Of a stretch of DNA of 64,000 bases, positions 30,001 to 43,128 are shown one piece after another. A model generated the notes under the pieces. It did no database searches. It was not told the DNA's origin and worked only from the letters and a program-made list of their open reading frames with translations. The DNA comes from Antedon mediterranea (Eukaryota > Animalia > Echinodermata), in NCBI RefSeq assembly GCF_964355755.1, contig NC_092671.1, positions 1,302,001 to 1,366,000 on the forward strand, given 5' to 3'. The translations under genes and the position numbers were made by a program. Within the stretch, counting starts at the first letter, position 1. Each line of letters opens with the position of its first letter.

Positions 30001-33000
30001 TTTTGATGGATTTTGAATGAATCTATGTAACTATACAAGTATATTTCACTTCTAGAAAATACCTACTCTTGATGGATTTGAATGAATCCTTGTACATTAT
30101 CTATAGAGGTATATTTCATATCAAGTTATTCTACAAAGTAACATCTAATATATGCATCATGATACATTTATTACTAAAATAAAAAACCTATGTTAGAAAT
30201 CCATTTGAGTACATTACTTCTCTCTCGTCCTACTCAAGCTAAAAGACTAAACTTTGATCAATTAACAAAAGTGGTTCATGCATGTAAAATCGGAAACATA
30301 AGCCATCTGCGGTAAACATACATCTAGAGTGGACGGTGGTTTAAGCCTGCTCATCCTAACTCAACCTTTCAAACTATTGAACCAGAACTAACAACTAAAA
30401 CAAGGTGATGATAAATGAAGTAAACATTTCAATCCTTGCCTGGGAAAGTAACGTAACTCTAAAAAATGTTAAAACAGCCATTCTATAAAAAGATGAGATA
30501 AAAGATTCTTTTTGACAACTTTAATCCATTTTTTATAAAAAAAGAAGTGTTGTTGAGATTATTTTAATGTATACCAAACATACTAAATCCAAGTAACAAA
30601 ATAAAAGTTTGCCTGAATTTTATTAGAAAAGTTACCTGTACAGTTTTCGCCTGCGAGAAACAATCCCCAGCATGTTTAGGAAACGTGAATGGGGGTTTCC
30701 CTCTGACCCCATGATGCTTGTTCTGCACAAATATATCCAGGTCGAACCATAAAAACTAAGAACTAAAATTGAAAACTAAAGTGCTAGATTTAAAAGACGG
30801 CTATATCACTCCAAATTGTGGAATTTGTCTTGTAATCCAGCTAATATTCTATGTAATATTAATCCATGGGAGATGACCGTACCGCTTGTCTTGTACAACT
30901 CACTTGGCTCCAATTTTCTCATAATTTACAGTACCTCCACAGGAACTGGACTAGTTCATTTCACTGCAGGTAAACTTATTTAAATGCTCCTTGTAGAATT
31001 TTACTATGAAAACATACACTGTGTTCAGTCCACAGGATTTACCACCTCTTCAGCTTTGGGGGGGCCACTCAAGAATATAGAATATTCCATTATACATTGG
31101 GTGGAAATAATCATATCAACACATTAATTTTAATCATATCTACAATTAACACATTAAGCTCAATTCTATCTCTTATGTTTGTGTTTCTGTTCTTACCTAC
31201 TCAACTAAAGCTTAGTAAGTATTTAAATTATATTGATGTTTGTGAATATCAAATTTATTATTTCCAAATTTTTGCAACATAATTAATGAGGACAGTCATG
31301 AATGTAAGAGAATATATAATTTAATTTCAAATAATTGAAAACACACTTATTTCCAAGCTGCATTTAATTTTTTTGACAATTTTTCTTTATAATAGAAGGT
31401 TCTATTTAAATATTTCATGATTTTAAAACAACATCATATTCCAAAATTGGTAAGTAATTATTCAAAACATTTGTAAATAAGAGTTGTAGTAAAAAGTGTA
31501 ATCTTTAAATCCAGTGCATAACGTGCATAAACTCCTTAATAAGACCCTTAATACTGCATCAGCCAATGATAATAAACAGCTGACAGAAAACATCTAGTCA
31601 GAGGCTCAAGTCCCTGATCAAGCTAAGAATAAATGCTTAACATCAGTTCACATTCTCAATTTTAAAATTTTAATCCTATCAGAGATTGTATGATTTAAAA
31701 ATGGTTGGTTCAACTGAACCTAGGACACACTGTATATCTGTGTGATAAATCTGTGTGATTAACTCTGTATAAATTGATTCCTATTAATAAATGTTCATTA
31801 TAATAATACGGTAATTAACTAATTCCACTAAAAACTTATATGTTTTTCAATGAACTGTAAACAGGAATATTGCTCTCAAAGAGGGTGGGGCATTTTTACT
31901 AATAGGTTTGATAAAATGGAAAAAAAAAGAAATTCTCTTTTTAATAATTTAACAAATTCCTTTTCATCAAAGAAAGAGTCGTTATCCAATAACATTTGAA
32001 CGATACCATAAAGCTCTTGTGGTCTAATAGTTATAACATCTACATATCAAGCAGAATGGTTCAAGTTCGAATCATAGTTGGGACTTTCAAATTTTCTCAT
32101 CTTTATCGTTTCAAAATTCAAAATAAACTAACTGTATATAGGGATGTATTTTTCTCATTCTCATTACATGATTAATATTTAGTATATCAGCAGGCAATTT
32201 AGAATCTTTCTATACATGTAAATGTTTATATATTTCCACTGCAAACTAAATGTACAGTATGAATACAAGAAGTCCTTCACAGACAATATGTATGATAATG
32301 CAGTTAGGCTAGCTTCCCAAAGGAGGAATAACTGCCGACACTGTATGTTGTAAGAGCAATTATTAGATGTATAAGCTAGGCTCAATGGATGTGAAGTCTT
32401 CTATCTACTTCCTCTCTATAATGTCCCTTGTCTATCATTGTTATTGAAGCTGAGAACATTTGTTCAATTTTAATTGACTGCCACTACAATGGATCTTACA
32501 CTATGGTTGTAACAGCAATACTATCTCAGTAGTTTTACTCTAGTATATGCTACAACAATGCTTTTTAAATGTTTATAAATTTGCCATGTTTTGAGACACA
32601 TCCATCCAATTATGAGAACACTTTGTAGGGGTTCTATTGTATGAACATGATAAAATATAAAAATAAAACGCCTTAATGTCCTTATTAAATCTCAACCATA
32701 TTCTAAATATAACATTACTTTAGACAATACATATTACACTATAGTTCAAGAGAATCAACAATTAATATTATAGGTTATTAATAATCTATAATAGAAATCA
32801 ATATATTAAAGGTTATCAATAATCTAAAATAGAAATCAATCTAATTTACTAAAGTAAAGATCAAAACAAACCTTTTCCCTATAAATATGAATCTTTTTTA
32901 GAAGTTAAAAATCTATAAAAGTATCCCCAAATCCTCTAACACATCAGACCAGATTTATCAAAATATCACTATAAAAAAAATATCAACTTGTACCTCATGT

Positions 33001-36000
33001 ATTTAGCAAGACATATGGAATAGGATTCCTCAGAAAACAAGCTCAGTTCAGCAGCAAAATGATAATTATCCTAAAAATCACAGACAATTGAAAGTTATAA
33101 ATGTTCAAATACTTCATAAACCGAAAGAAAACAACGTACAGACGATTCTTGATACACAAAGTAACATGCGTGTGTTGCACAAACATCAGGTCAACTTTCC
33201 TGTATGCTTACTCATGGTAACATATTGGCCATATAATGAGAAAAAATGCAATTAGCAAACAAAAGCTTTTGTTTGTTTTTACTGAACCTACCCAGATAAT
33301 CTGCTTGATTAGCAGTTCTTTTTACAGATGAAAACACAAGCATAAAAATATCAGTGATCATCCAAACTGGCTCATTAACTATCATACCAAGTTTATTCCC
33401 GTTGTTTCATTTTCAACTAAATTTCATCATTACAGGTTTTTGGTTTTGAACTAGAATATTATAATTATGCTTGAGTGCATATCAACAGCGCATATGTGAT
33501 GGTAATCTTGGCAACATTATTTCAATACATTTTTAATCATGAAATGGCATAACAATAGGTATTCATAATTTTTAACAATAAGGAGACATTTTTAAATATA
33601 GCATGTAGATATTTCAAAGCAATATTAAAATAAAAGCTCTGATGCTACAAAGTCAAAGTTTTTTTTGTTAATTTTTACTCATATATTTAAATTATAGCTT
33701 GTTAAAAAGAAAATCATTTCTTAAATACAAATCAGATAGGGAATTTAGAATAACGGTCTGTAGATATCTGTCACAAAGAACTAAATGCATTGAAGATAAT
33801 TCAAGATTAATACATATATTTATCTTTTAATTTTCAAGTTATCATTATATTAATGTTCTCCATATTTTAGCACTGATTTACCCATACAACAAATGGTATT
33901 CTCCATATTTTAATCAAGTTGACAAAATTATTATGTAAATATTTCATAATGCCCTAAGTAAAATTGTTAAAAAGTACATTTAGGTGTGGCTAACAATTTC
34001 CATGAATTTCCAGTCACCCAGGAGAGTTGTTTTAAAATTCTGGATGAAACAACTTGATTTTGTAACTAAAATGTTAACAACAACTCGAGGCTGTAATCTG
34101 GAAGCTTTATTACATGCAGAGTTGAAAATTTACAAGATATTTGGGCTTTCATTTCAAATTCTTGGAATTATTTTGTAAATTATAAATAAACCACAAAATG
34201 AGAGAAACACTTTGTGGTTAGTTCTTAGAAAAACTGTATAAATTAATGAACAATTTGATGACAAAATACAGCAAAGGCCAGGGTTAAACTAGTAGGAATG
34301 TAATTTTATATAAAAATAATCTTTATCTTGGGGATCTTTTAAAAATATAAATCTTCTTGTTCCTATGATCACTGGGCTACCACAAGCCTATGCTTAACCT
34401 ATTCTTAAAAGTTGGAGGTATTTTAAAATGGATGTTTCCAATTAAACTGCCCTCTAATCCTTTTTTGCTAATTATCGTATTCATATTGCAGAAACTTTGC
34501 AGAGCAGGTGCTTTTAACGAAAGATAACAAATGCATCATCAAGATTTGCGGAGCTAGAGCCAATCAAAGATGTTGCCTATAAGCCAGGTCTTAAGGTATG
34601 TCTGCATGTTTATGTAACCGGACATTTTTTAATTGAATTCAAAAACTTGACCTATTTAATCAGAACAAAAACATTGGCGTTCAAAATTTCAAAGAGAATA
34701 GATTGGTGATTGATGAACACTGTTGTTAACTATTATCATTAATTGTTATGTTACGTTTTTCTTTAATTAATTTGTATTACATATTTATGTTATGTTACAG
34801 TTTCATCTAACTGTAGCTATTTCTTACATTATATTAGATCATAAAAATGTTTTGAAAGTATTTAAAGTATTTTTAAAACATATTTTAATATTATCTTAAC
34901 TTGCCAAGAAAGGCAATTTTCAAAAATGTCTTTTTGACAAATAAAGTATATCTATGGTCTATGTCTATATCATAATGAATGAGTATTTAAGGTATCATGA
35001 ACAATATTACTAAAATATATTAGCCTTGCTATATTTATACATGTTTTTTTTAAATAATAATTTCATTTATAAATTCTGTATTTATATTCTCCACAGTAAA
35101 TCTTTCAAATCCTCAACAAGGCGCTAATAGAATCCTATGGCGTATTGACTACCCAAGTCATTTGCTGAGTTTCTGGCATCAAAGAAGTACCAATTATATG
35201 ACGTGAAGGAATTGGGACATCACACCGAGTAGCTTATCATGTCCTATTAACTAAGCTAAATGTAATTTGCGTCCGTCCTTGATGATATCTGCAGCTGCTA
35301 GTTGACATGTCAAAGCTATGCCATGTCCTTTTCAGGACAATAATATTCAACTTTGACCTCTGCTGTTAATATAGTATTAAAATGTACAGTGTGTAAAATG
35401 TTAAAAATACAATAAACATGTTAATTGTTCGTAAGAATTCATAAGAACAACAAAATACTGACTATGGTGCACTTTGATTGAATAGGCCAAGAATTGTTTG
35501 GTTGAAAAGTTATATTTCTTCATAAAAATAGAGGGCACTATATCGATTCAAGCTGTAGAAAAATAAAATCATGTTTGCTGCCCTCTCTTGTCAGAAAACT
35601 TTTTAAATTACCTAATTCATATTGCAATATGTAAAAGGTTTTTACTGTAACTTAGTTTTTTCATATTTTTTTTTAGCTGTAACTTTCTCAATTGTGTATT
35701 TTGGTTTTATATTTGAATTAATAAATTAACATTGAAGTCAGTTAATAATTTCCAGACAAAATTCAAAATGGTGTAAATGTTTCTCTTACCTATCATTGTC
35801 ACTGAGATCAAGGTCTTGACCAAGGCATTCTCTGACAGCGGCCATTCCATCTTGATAAGGTCTGGAATCTAGCAGAAGTCTCTTAGTGTACATCATGCCA
35901 CCACCCTCACTCATGTATCCACTGTTGTCATGTTGTTGGTTCGGTTGTAGTATGTCGCCCTCACTCATATAACCGGATGCAACATCTTCATTTATGACAT

Positions 36001-39000
36001 CGTCACAAGCATCGAGAATTGCCTGTTCCGAGAACTGTAAATCACTCAAGTGTGACCGATTTGAGATTGTTCGTCGCATTGGCCCAGAGGCAAGCTTGCT
36101 AAGAGATGGTGCTGGGATGAACCTGTTGACGTTTGAACGGAATGGGTACGTGTTGCTAATGTACGATGACATGGTGTCAGTCTGAGTGAGAACAGATGAC
36201 ATGTTAAGAGCGTTTATGTCGTTAAGAAGTGGTGATACTGACGTTTTAAATCCAGCATGTGGCGTTCCTTTAGCTGGTGGTGAACCTTGACCTGACTTCT
36301 GACTTTTAGCCGGTGAACTTGTTAGACGTGTTATAACATTGTCGTCGAATGTAGTTTCCATAGTGCTTTGAGAACCTATGGTGTCAGCTGCGACAGTCAT
36401 CACCGTCATCTCAACGCTCTCACCACTAATCTGACGTGCTGTCATAATCTTCTGTGACCTCTGTGATTTTGGTGTGCCAAAGGTCGTAACTGCTCTATCA
36501 TTAGTGTAAGTAGTACACACTTCTTCTGACTCAGTCATTGGTTTAAAAATCACACTGTTCTCTGAAGTGCCAGAAGAAATACTGATATTGCATGGTGTAC
36601 CGGGAGTAGACTCTGGTGTATGTGGTGAGTGCATGCCCACCTCACTGAAGTCTTTTGAAGATGGCCGACTACCGGTGTAGTTAAACGGTGCAACAGTGGC
36701 TGTATTCTGACAAGATGGTTTTCGTTCAAGTACTCCACGACTGGGAGAGTGACAGGATCCAGGAGAACCAGGATAAGACGGAGATGGCCCTGTGACCCGT
36801 GGAAGAGATGAATAACTTCCGACTTCAGATTTTGATGCTATCCTATGAACTTGAACTTCTTCAGATTGTTCAGAATCGCCATCCTCTGTTTCCTTTGCAC
36901 GTCGGTCTTTAACGGTCATTTTCGATTTTTGAGGACCTGGGAATGTGCTGTATACACCACCTCTGCTTGGTATTCTACTAGTCACTTCCTCTTCTTGTTG
37001 TTTGTCTTTAACTGCTTTTTCAGGAGCTGTTGTGACAGCTGTTATAGCTGATTTCCTTGGTAATGTTTGATAGTTAACTGGAGGTTTCAAACCAGTTTTA
37101 ATGCCACTACCAGGTGGTCTTGGAATAGTCCTTGTAGACTGACTTGGAGTAGTATTACTCGGAGCACTGGTAATAGGTTTAGACTTAGCAAGCATGGACT
37201 TTTTACCGCCAGTACTTGTGGTTCGTTGGCCAGGAGAGGGCAGTCTTGACGTTGCTTTCTTCACTCTGGTTTGAGGACTACTTATAGAACTCTTTGTATC
37301 ATATGAATCCTCTGAGAAAGCAGAGCTGTTGGAACTTCTTCTGGAAGACCTTCCACTTGTTGGTTTTTCTAATTCTCGTCTCTGAGAGGCTGGCGAGTCT
37401 CTGGCTTTGAGACCAGTTACTGGACGAGGTATTGCTTTTTGACCTGATTTCTTTTGAATTCCAATCGTCGGACCTGCCGATGACGTCGGACTGTTCATTG
37501 CACTACTAGTAGAGGACGTATTACTTCCTGTAGTCCCAATACTTGAATTACTTTCAGATTTTGTTTTGAACCCACTTTTGTTTTGACTGACTTTTCGTTG
37601 AGGTATTTCTCTACCACTTTTCTCTTTTGCGCTGGCCTTTCCTTTTGAATCTTTACTTTTCAATTTACTAGGCGGCGTTTTAGGCATAGAGTCTGTTTTA
37701 TCTTTAGTGTTAATTTTATCTTTGGCTCCTGCATTTTCTTTACCAAAGAATTTCAGTTTTGTTAGCATGGAGTTCTTTGTGTTGTTTTGCTTGGCATTCT
37801 GTTGCTGCATTGCTGCTGGTATTTTATTCACAACAATCCGACTGGTTGGTGTTGGACTTCGTGGGTTTGCAGCTTTCTTAGGAATTGTGTTTATGTTCAC
37901 GGGTGGTTTTATACCAGAACCATTTTCAACAACTTTCATAGTTTCGTCTTCATCTCCTGGGGATAGACACATTTAAGAATTAAATGTCAAATTATTATAA
38001 CAAACAAAGCTCATAAATATTAAATTACTTATAGATTTATAGGTCAATATTTCTCCCGAAAAAAAGTAAACAATATTTAAGCAAGCTATTTGTCAAAGTG
38101 TGTGTGTTAGAATGTGAATATATGTCAAAATATGGGTTAATGTTTTGGCTAGGCCAGTCTCTTGTGACATATTAAAATGGGTTAAAAATTGGGTTATCAA
38201 CCTTTCAAGTTTCAATTTTAGGTTATGTCTTTTAGTGTGTACTAAAACAGACAAGTTAGTTACAGATGAATTAGATATATAGAACTAGAGTGATAATCTA
38301 GTTACAGGAGTTTTTTTTCTTCTTTTTTTCTGTCGATTGTTCAGTGCTTAGAGGCACCCTGTATTTTAGGCTATATTAAATTAAACATTTTTATTATTAT
38401 TAAATAAGAGGGTTCATGTACAGTGCTGGTGAGATGCAACAAAACGATTGTTTCATTTGAAAACTCAGTATTGAAAATACAGGGGAAATTAATTACTTTT
38501 ATTTTAGAAAATAATAGAGCAGGATAGGAAGTATAGTACAGTATGTTTTCAATTCATAACAAAAGTCAAATAAAAAATATACTAAACTATGAAAATTATT
38601 GGGAAACATATTTTGTAAATGAATACGAATAAGGAAACATTACAGTAGGAATTGAAAGTTTACAAAATGGTACTTAACATTCAAAATCAACTTTCAATTT
38701 TATTTGTTATTGCAGTTTACCTCGAGTTTGTGCCGATGGTTGAGAAGCGGGCATGCGGTTCTTTTCTCCTTGACGTATGTTTGTTGACGGAGGAACCAGT
38801 TTAGATCCCTGAGTTGATTTTGCACATTTAGGAGTTGGAATTCTGGAAGCCATGTCTGCTGCTGCTGCTGCTGCTGCTGCTGTAGTGGACGTTTTTAATG
38901 AAGCTGAAATTATACAAATAACAAAAAAAACATTTAAAAAAAAACAAACATTTTAGTTAATATTTTGGTCTAAACTTTGACTTTTTTTAGGCTGTCCCGT

Positions 39001-42000
39001 GGATGGAAAAATCATTAAATGATGTATTAATTTTCATATTCATTTCCATGACTCTAACTTTTCGTATGTACGTTTGTACAAATGTTAGTCCAATCTGTAG
39101 TACCTAGTGTTTCGTAACAAATGTATTTATTATTGCTACATCAATATTTTCATGATTTAAATCAAGTCCAACTACTTCCCTTCAGCATTGTGAACAATAT
39201 ACCACGATCATTACTAACTTCCTAACAAACTCTAAGTATTGCTACTTGATATTTCAAATCATCCATCTAATCTTATAATTCTAATAGATTGCTTTTAAGT
39301 TCCTGTATAAGACGATGACAGTCCAGATAAATAATTCTGAATTTAATAACATTCAACAATTTCGTATTATCATGAATGAATGAATTTATTTCATAATGAA
39401 ATATGATATATTATAATTTGAAGAAGACTACTGAGGCTAATAAGAAACTACTAGTAAAATAATCTGTAACATATTCAAACCACAAAGCAGTTCTATAATT
39501 ACCAATATTCACGATACAAACAGTAAAATATGAAGAAATCATTGTACTGTAAAATACTATTGGAAGGCCATTTTGTAGTTTTAATAAAGAATTTGAAAAT
39601 AATGATTTTGCTTATAAAAAGATATAATAACTGTTACATTTAAACAAAAGCCATTGTTCGGATGTCAATAGGTTTTCTTTTAATTTTAGGTAATGGGTAA
39701 TTTATTTTATTGTACTGTACTTTTAATCGGAAAATAATTTTGGTCAAAGTAAACACAGTATTGGCTAGCTAATATGATATTTTTAAAAAAATCAATTTTT
39801 TCAGGACAATATACATACCTATTTATTATAAATTTGTAACCATAGATAAATATAACATATTTGAGCATGAAATGAAATACTGTATATTAAACTTAAACTA
39901 CATAGCTAATAACAATAGCCTCACCTTGAGTAACTTGTGCATTTACTGATGAAATACTGATTTCAGCCGATACAGTGACATGTGCCTTCCCAGTTGGTGA
40001 CCTTGCCTTCGGTGACAAAATTCGTCTCCCACTCGTTGACGGCGACACAAACTGTTGATGGGATTTGCCAGATTGCTGATGGTGGGAGGGGAGAACGGTT
40101 ACCTTTGGGTGTTGGGGTAGAGGACGCGATGCCTGTGAGGAAGGGGTAGTAGATACGGTGACTCTTGGGTGAGTTGACCCGCTTGGTTTTTGGTGACGTG
40201 CCCCTGAAACTAATTTCTGCGAGCCTGGAATTGCTTTTGGTGGTTGTATGGGTGGAATTGATCCTCGTTGCTGGGTAGGGACTGATGAAACTCTAGGAGG
40301 TACAGTTGGTTTTGTTTGCTGTCTTTGTGGAGGATGGGAATCTTGAGCACCACTACTGTTTTCCTGATGTGCTTTTTGTTGTAATTGCTTGAAACGTGAT
40401 AGTGCAAAGAATAGTCCTAGAATCGACTTTAGATTTCCGTCTTTAATATCTGCAAAATAGAAAAACAAAGATGATATTTAATTAAGGACTAAGGAATGCT
40501 TCACATTCCCACATTCTATTTATTCCGCATCATTTCTCTCAGCAAATATTATGAATAAATCAACGATTTAAGCTTTTAGAATTCAAAATAACATTACTTC
40601 CTTTTCTTCCTAATTTTCATTTTCATGATTTTGTCCAATAACTACTTTGACACGGCCTAGTTTCACATGACAGCACTGTTTCATTATACAAGCTTCGCTT
40701 CACAACAAGCTTTGATCACACCAGCAGACATCGGGAACAAATTGTGTTGCCAAAAAAAAACCCAATAATTAGAATGGAGGCACAGAAGCACATTTTTAAA
40801 ATGTCCAAATCATTGAATGTGATGTCGCTCATATAGTACTGTATGCATACTAAATTTTAAATGCGGTATTCTTGTGGTTGTTATTAATGCTATATAAAAT
40901 GTAGACAAACTCAAAACATGTCTACCAACATATATGTTGAACATTTGACTGTCTAGGCTATTACTGAAACGAAAGAATTGTGTTACTACTGAACTGTAAG
41001 TACTGTACAGTACATAATGAGGCTGGTAATGGCTAGCGATTTTGGTATTGGTAACTGGTTCTATCACTGCTTTCGGTTCAAATGTAACAATATCTAATCT
41101 AAATTCAGTGGAAATCAAACCAAGTTTATAAAGCAAAGAATAATTTTCTCCTAAAGTACTAGTAACTCCCCTAAAATAAACCTAAAAGACAATTAAACAT
41201 TCAAATTAAATGCAAATTTAAATTGCCAATATTAACATGGCAATGTGGGAACATCACCATAGCAACGGCATTAATACTGATTCTAATTATAACAGTAATT
41301 AAAATGTTAAAAGTAATACACTATACCTTCAGACTTGACTCTTCTAATATTCCTAAATTTTACATTTCATAAAAGCAGAGTATTTTTGCAGATTCTTATT
41401 ACTAATACTACAGTATAGCATCATGAAATATAGTCTGCCACAACTACTCCCATTATGACAGACTATCATAATCTAAAGTGGTCACATGATTTCCTACAAC
41501 CAATCAAGTGGTTTGATTAGATTAGGAGTATCTCACATCCTAGGATCCCTCGGGTTCGAACACTGTTCTCTCATCAGACTAATTGACCGGTTTTATTTAG
41601 ACTCGTTTTCCTATTCTACATTCAACATATTTGAGTCTCTTTAAAATCTCTAAAAATATTATTTTACCCACTGACCACTACCTGGCCAAATACTTGCTGA
41701 AATATGATTGACAGTGAATAAAAATATTCCACTAATAAACATTAACAATTTATATTTTAAAATCAATCAATATTGTATATATCATGTATGGTTCAAATTG
41801 TTATGATATATTTTCCCTCGAGTACAAGATTAAACAAAATGGCTTTTAAAGTTCAACAACACTAAGAGACCACTGTGGGGCAAATGCATCCATTGCTGCT
41901 TTGAGTAGAAAACAGTCAAAAATACAACAATCATAATTTAATTATTCACAATAGACAGAACAAACTATCACAGATTGAAAATACATCTTTACATCTTCTC

Positions 42001-43128
42001 TCTTGGAAACATACATTATTTATCATCAACAATTATACTTTACTTTAGACGTTTATCTTTAATTTAAATCAATTCTGAGCTCGTGCATATATGCTGCTAG
42101 ATGCACCCAGTGACAACTGACAACCGGATGCTGCGTGGATTCTACTTACTTGTATAGTAGGCTTATATCGGTTACCATGTACAGCTAAGTGCACTTGTCA
42201 TTAAATAAGTATGTAAATACGATGTCATACTTTATGAACTAAGTCAACTGACTAATGTGTCTGAAAACATTAATGTTTACTGTACAGCAGCACATTATGG
42301 ATACTTGCTAGTAACATATGTTAACAGTGCTGATAATGTTACTGGTATTGTTTTACCAGATGTTTAACATTTCAAAGTGACTTTTGAAAGTTAAACTTCT
42401 TTTATTACATTATAAATAATAAATGGGAATAATGCAAGTTGGTTATCGACAATGACAACTTAGGAAATAACCATTGAAATCAGTAGACAAATTATTTTGT
42501 GCAACTAATTTCGCTGTTATTCATTTTAAATGATTGCAACTGACAAAGTGGCCCCAAATATTTTCAGAGTTTTGATTTTTGACAATTTAGGACAGTTTTG
42601 ATGGATTCTATGCCCAGAAAACGACCTACAACATGAGCGCTATTGATGCAGATATGGTACTATATATATCTCCCCAAAGCACTTTTTTTCCACACAAAGG
42701 GAAAAGTGCAAGTGTAAGCAACTGAAGAAAAAATAGATTTAGGCAAACTTAGTAAATGAAAGTAATTGGCCTGCTGGCTACAGTAGGTAGAATTTCCATC
42801 ATAAGTTACTGTAGGCACTTTTTCTGAGATGGTCTGTAGTTTGAAAAGGATACTGCAGCCTACAGTACAACCCACTGGCTGTAGACTTGCCACCATTATT
42901 ATTAATAATTAGTCCTACATTTAAGGTACAGTAGTCACAAATCAAAAACTCCATACTTAGACAACGTCATAGGATTGAATATGTATTTTATTGATTGAGA
43001 ATATTCAACACTATTCATCATATTTAAGAATTTTTATAATGAATAAAATTGTCACCTTTAGCTAAGAGTCCTTGTGTGTTGACACCCTTGATAGTAAGAT
43101 AGTAAAGACATCGCTCAATGTTATCGAT
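8903..43128 (-). CDS. NAV2: Neuron navigator family gene (NAV1/2/3, unc-53, sickie), partial; join of 7 exons 43128-43056, 40449-39925, 38903-38721, 37956-35790, 11665-10010, 9661-9478, 9001-8903
   Basis: All junctions are GT-AG and phase-consistent (0-1-1-1-2-2-0-0), giving an open frame of 1629 codons. Navigator hallmark motifs: CH-domain end DIKDGNLKSILGLFFALSRFKQ, paired SGYMSEG motifs, SIEDSSSISSGISDTIADISTD, GSFKD..GSAMSLSSSSSIYT, coiled coil PEERSLFEMRRLKHELERSQDKVGNLTSQVHTN. The paralog symbol is nominal because invertebrates usually have one ortholog. Confidence 0.93.
9478..9661 (-). CDS. NAV2: Navigator exon (GSSIGRSSSIST...VGSFKDSSNPSGSAMSLSSSSSIYT)
   Basis: 184 bp, acceptor ttttttcag, donor |gtaaga, phase 2-0. 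Confidence 0.9.
9721..9822. mobile_element. Degenerate pogo-like MITE (GTGTCCCCTTAATAG family; related copies near 18589-18673, 28140-28490, 56993-57117)
   Basis: CAGTAGAA...TTTACTG ends. The motif GTCCCCTTAATAG / CTATTAAGGGGAC recurs at the listed sites. Confidence 0.55.
10010..11665 (-). CDS. NAV2: Navigator large exon (SIEDSSSISSGISDT...GQSFGY...RSNSIRSTLSEK)
   Basis: 1656 bp, acceptor ttcttgcag, donor AT|gtaagt, phase 2-2. It extends ORF 10006..11541 upstream without stops. Confidence 0.93.
13976..14260 (-). mobile_element. Probable LINE 3' UTR remnant
   Basis: The minus strand is T-rich with a GC-rich hairpin-like segment and ends in AATAAA plus (TCAA)3. The 5' boundary is approximate. 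Confidence 0.4.
19212..19345 (-). CDS. Candidate alternative first coding exon of navigator (MDESFRTRVKEFDKKMDDLEKLMSTLFGHRTDERNAPSRTSEPV)
   Basis: ATG in context AAGATGG, in-frame TAA four codons upstream, protein-like composition, donor AA|gtacgt in phase 2 matching the acceptor at 11665. Confidence 0.6.
20389..22324 (+). mobile_element. 5'-truncated non-LTR retrotransposon (Rex1/Babar-like LINE) with frameshifted RT
   Basis: YPNNKPWIT, KAAGPDRIP, NDLRPVALTS, DPLQFAY, YFDFQSAFNTI, GVPQG, KFADD, KYLG-like junction and C-terminal SHPL..SGRLR..RFAKSFIP. Frameshifts near 20685 and 21715. The 3' end has a short stem-loop, AATAAA and a (TTATC)4 tail. Confidence 0.92.
22944..24028. mobile_element. 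Non-autonomous PIF/Harbinger (Tourist-like) element
   Basis: 41-bp perfect TIR GGCCCTGTTCAGACCCATGGCGTTAGACCGTTTTAGCGTAC, flanking TAA direct repeats (22941-43, 24029-31), subterminal TAGCGTAC motifs, no transposase ORF. Confidence 0.88.
28155..28404 (-). mobile_element. tRNA-derived SINE with poly(A) tail
   Basis: Minus strand: A-box-like TGGCTTGGTGG, B-box GGTTCAAGTCC, body, GAGGGT...ACCCTC 3' hairpin, A19 tail. Confidence 0.8.
28447..28763. repeat. Minisatellite, 63-bp unit x5
   Basis: TTGAATGTCCTAAAGGTGTCCCTAGTTGTTCTATTCTACTGTATAGTAAACTATATAATCAAG, copies appear identical. Confidence 0.97.
30636..30712 (-). CDS. Candidate alternative first coding exon of navigator (MGSEGNPHSRFLNMLGIVSRRRKLY)
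   Basis: ATCATGG start, locally GC-rich, donor CAG|gtaact in phase 2 matching the acceptor at 11665. Confidence 0.45.
35790..37956 (-). CDS. NAV2: Navigator large exon, S/T/K/P-rich region with SMLTKLKFF and SGYMSEG motifs
   Basis: 2167 bp inside ORF 35786..37972, acceptor ctatccccag, donor AG|gtaaga, phase 1-2. Confidence 0.93.
38721..38903 (-). CDS. NAV2: Navigator exon (ASLKTSTT-A8-DMASRIPTPK...SAQTR)
   Basis: Acceptor taatttcag, donor G|gtaaac, 183 bp, phase 1-1, open frame bridging the neighbouring exons. Confidence 0.85.
39925..40449 (-). CDS. NAV2: Navigator exon, end of CH domain plus Q/P/S-rich linker
   Basis: Acceptor ttttgcag, donor G|gtgag, 525 bp, phase 1-1. DIKDGNLKSILGLFFALSRFKQ (ORF 39893..40468). 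Confidence 0.93.
43056..43128 (-). CDS. NAV2: Navigator exon, CH domain (IDNIERCLYYLTIKGVNTQGLLAK)
   Basis: 73 bp, acceptor tctatcttatag, donor G|gtgac. The peptide resembles the navigator CH segment (recalled vertebrate form IENIDACLNFLAAKGINIQGLSAE). Not in the ORF track. Confidence 0.9.

Noticed and set aside
32013-32085. tRNA-like A/B-box sequences (also about 4803-4855, 45743-45812, 50702-50760)
   Set aside because: No complete cloverleaf. Better explained as decayed SINE heads than as tRNA genes.
38335-38402. L2-like 3' tails (also about 17995-18050 and 52027-52080) and a LINE-like tail at about 34900-34970
   Set aside because: Too short and degenerate to annotate with support. Ordinary repeat debris.
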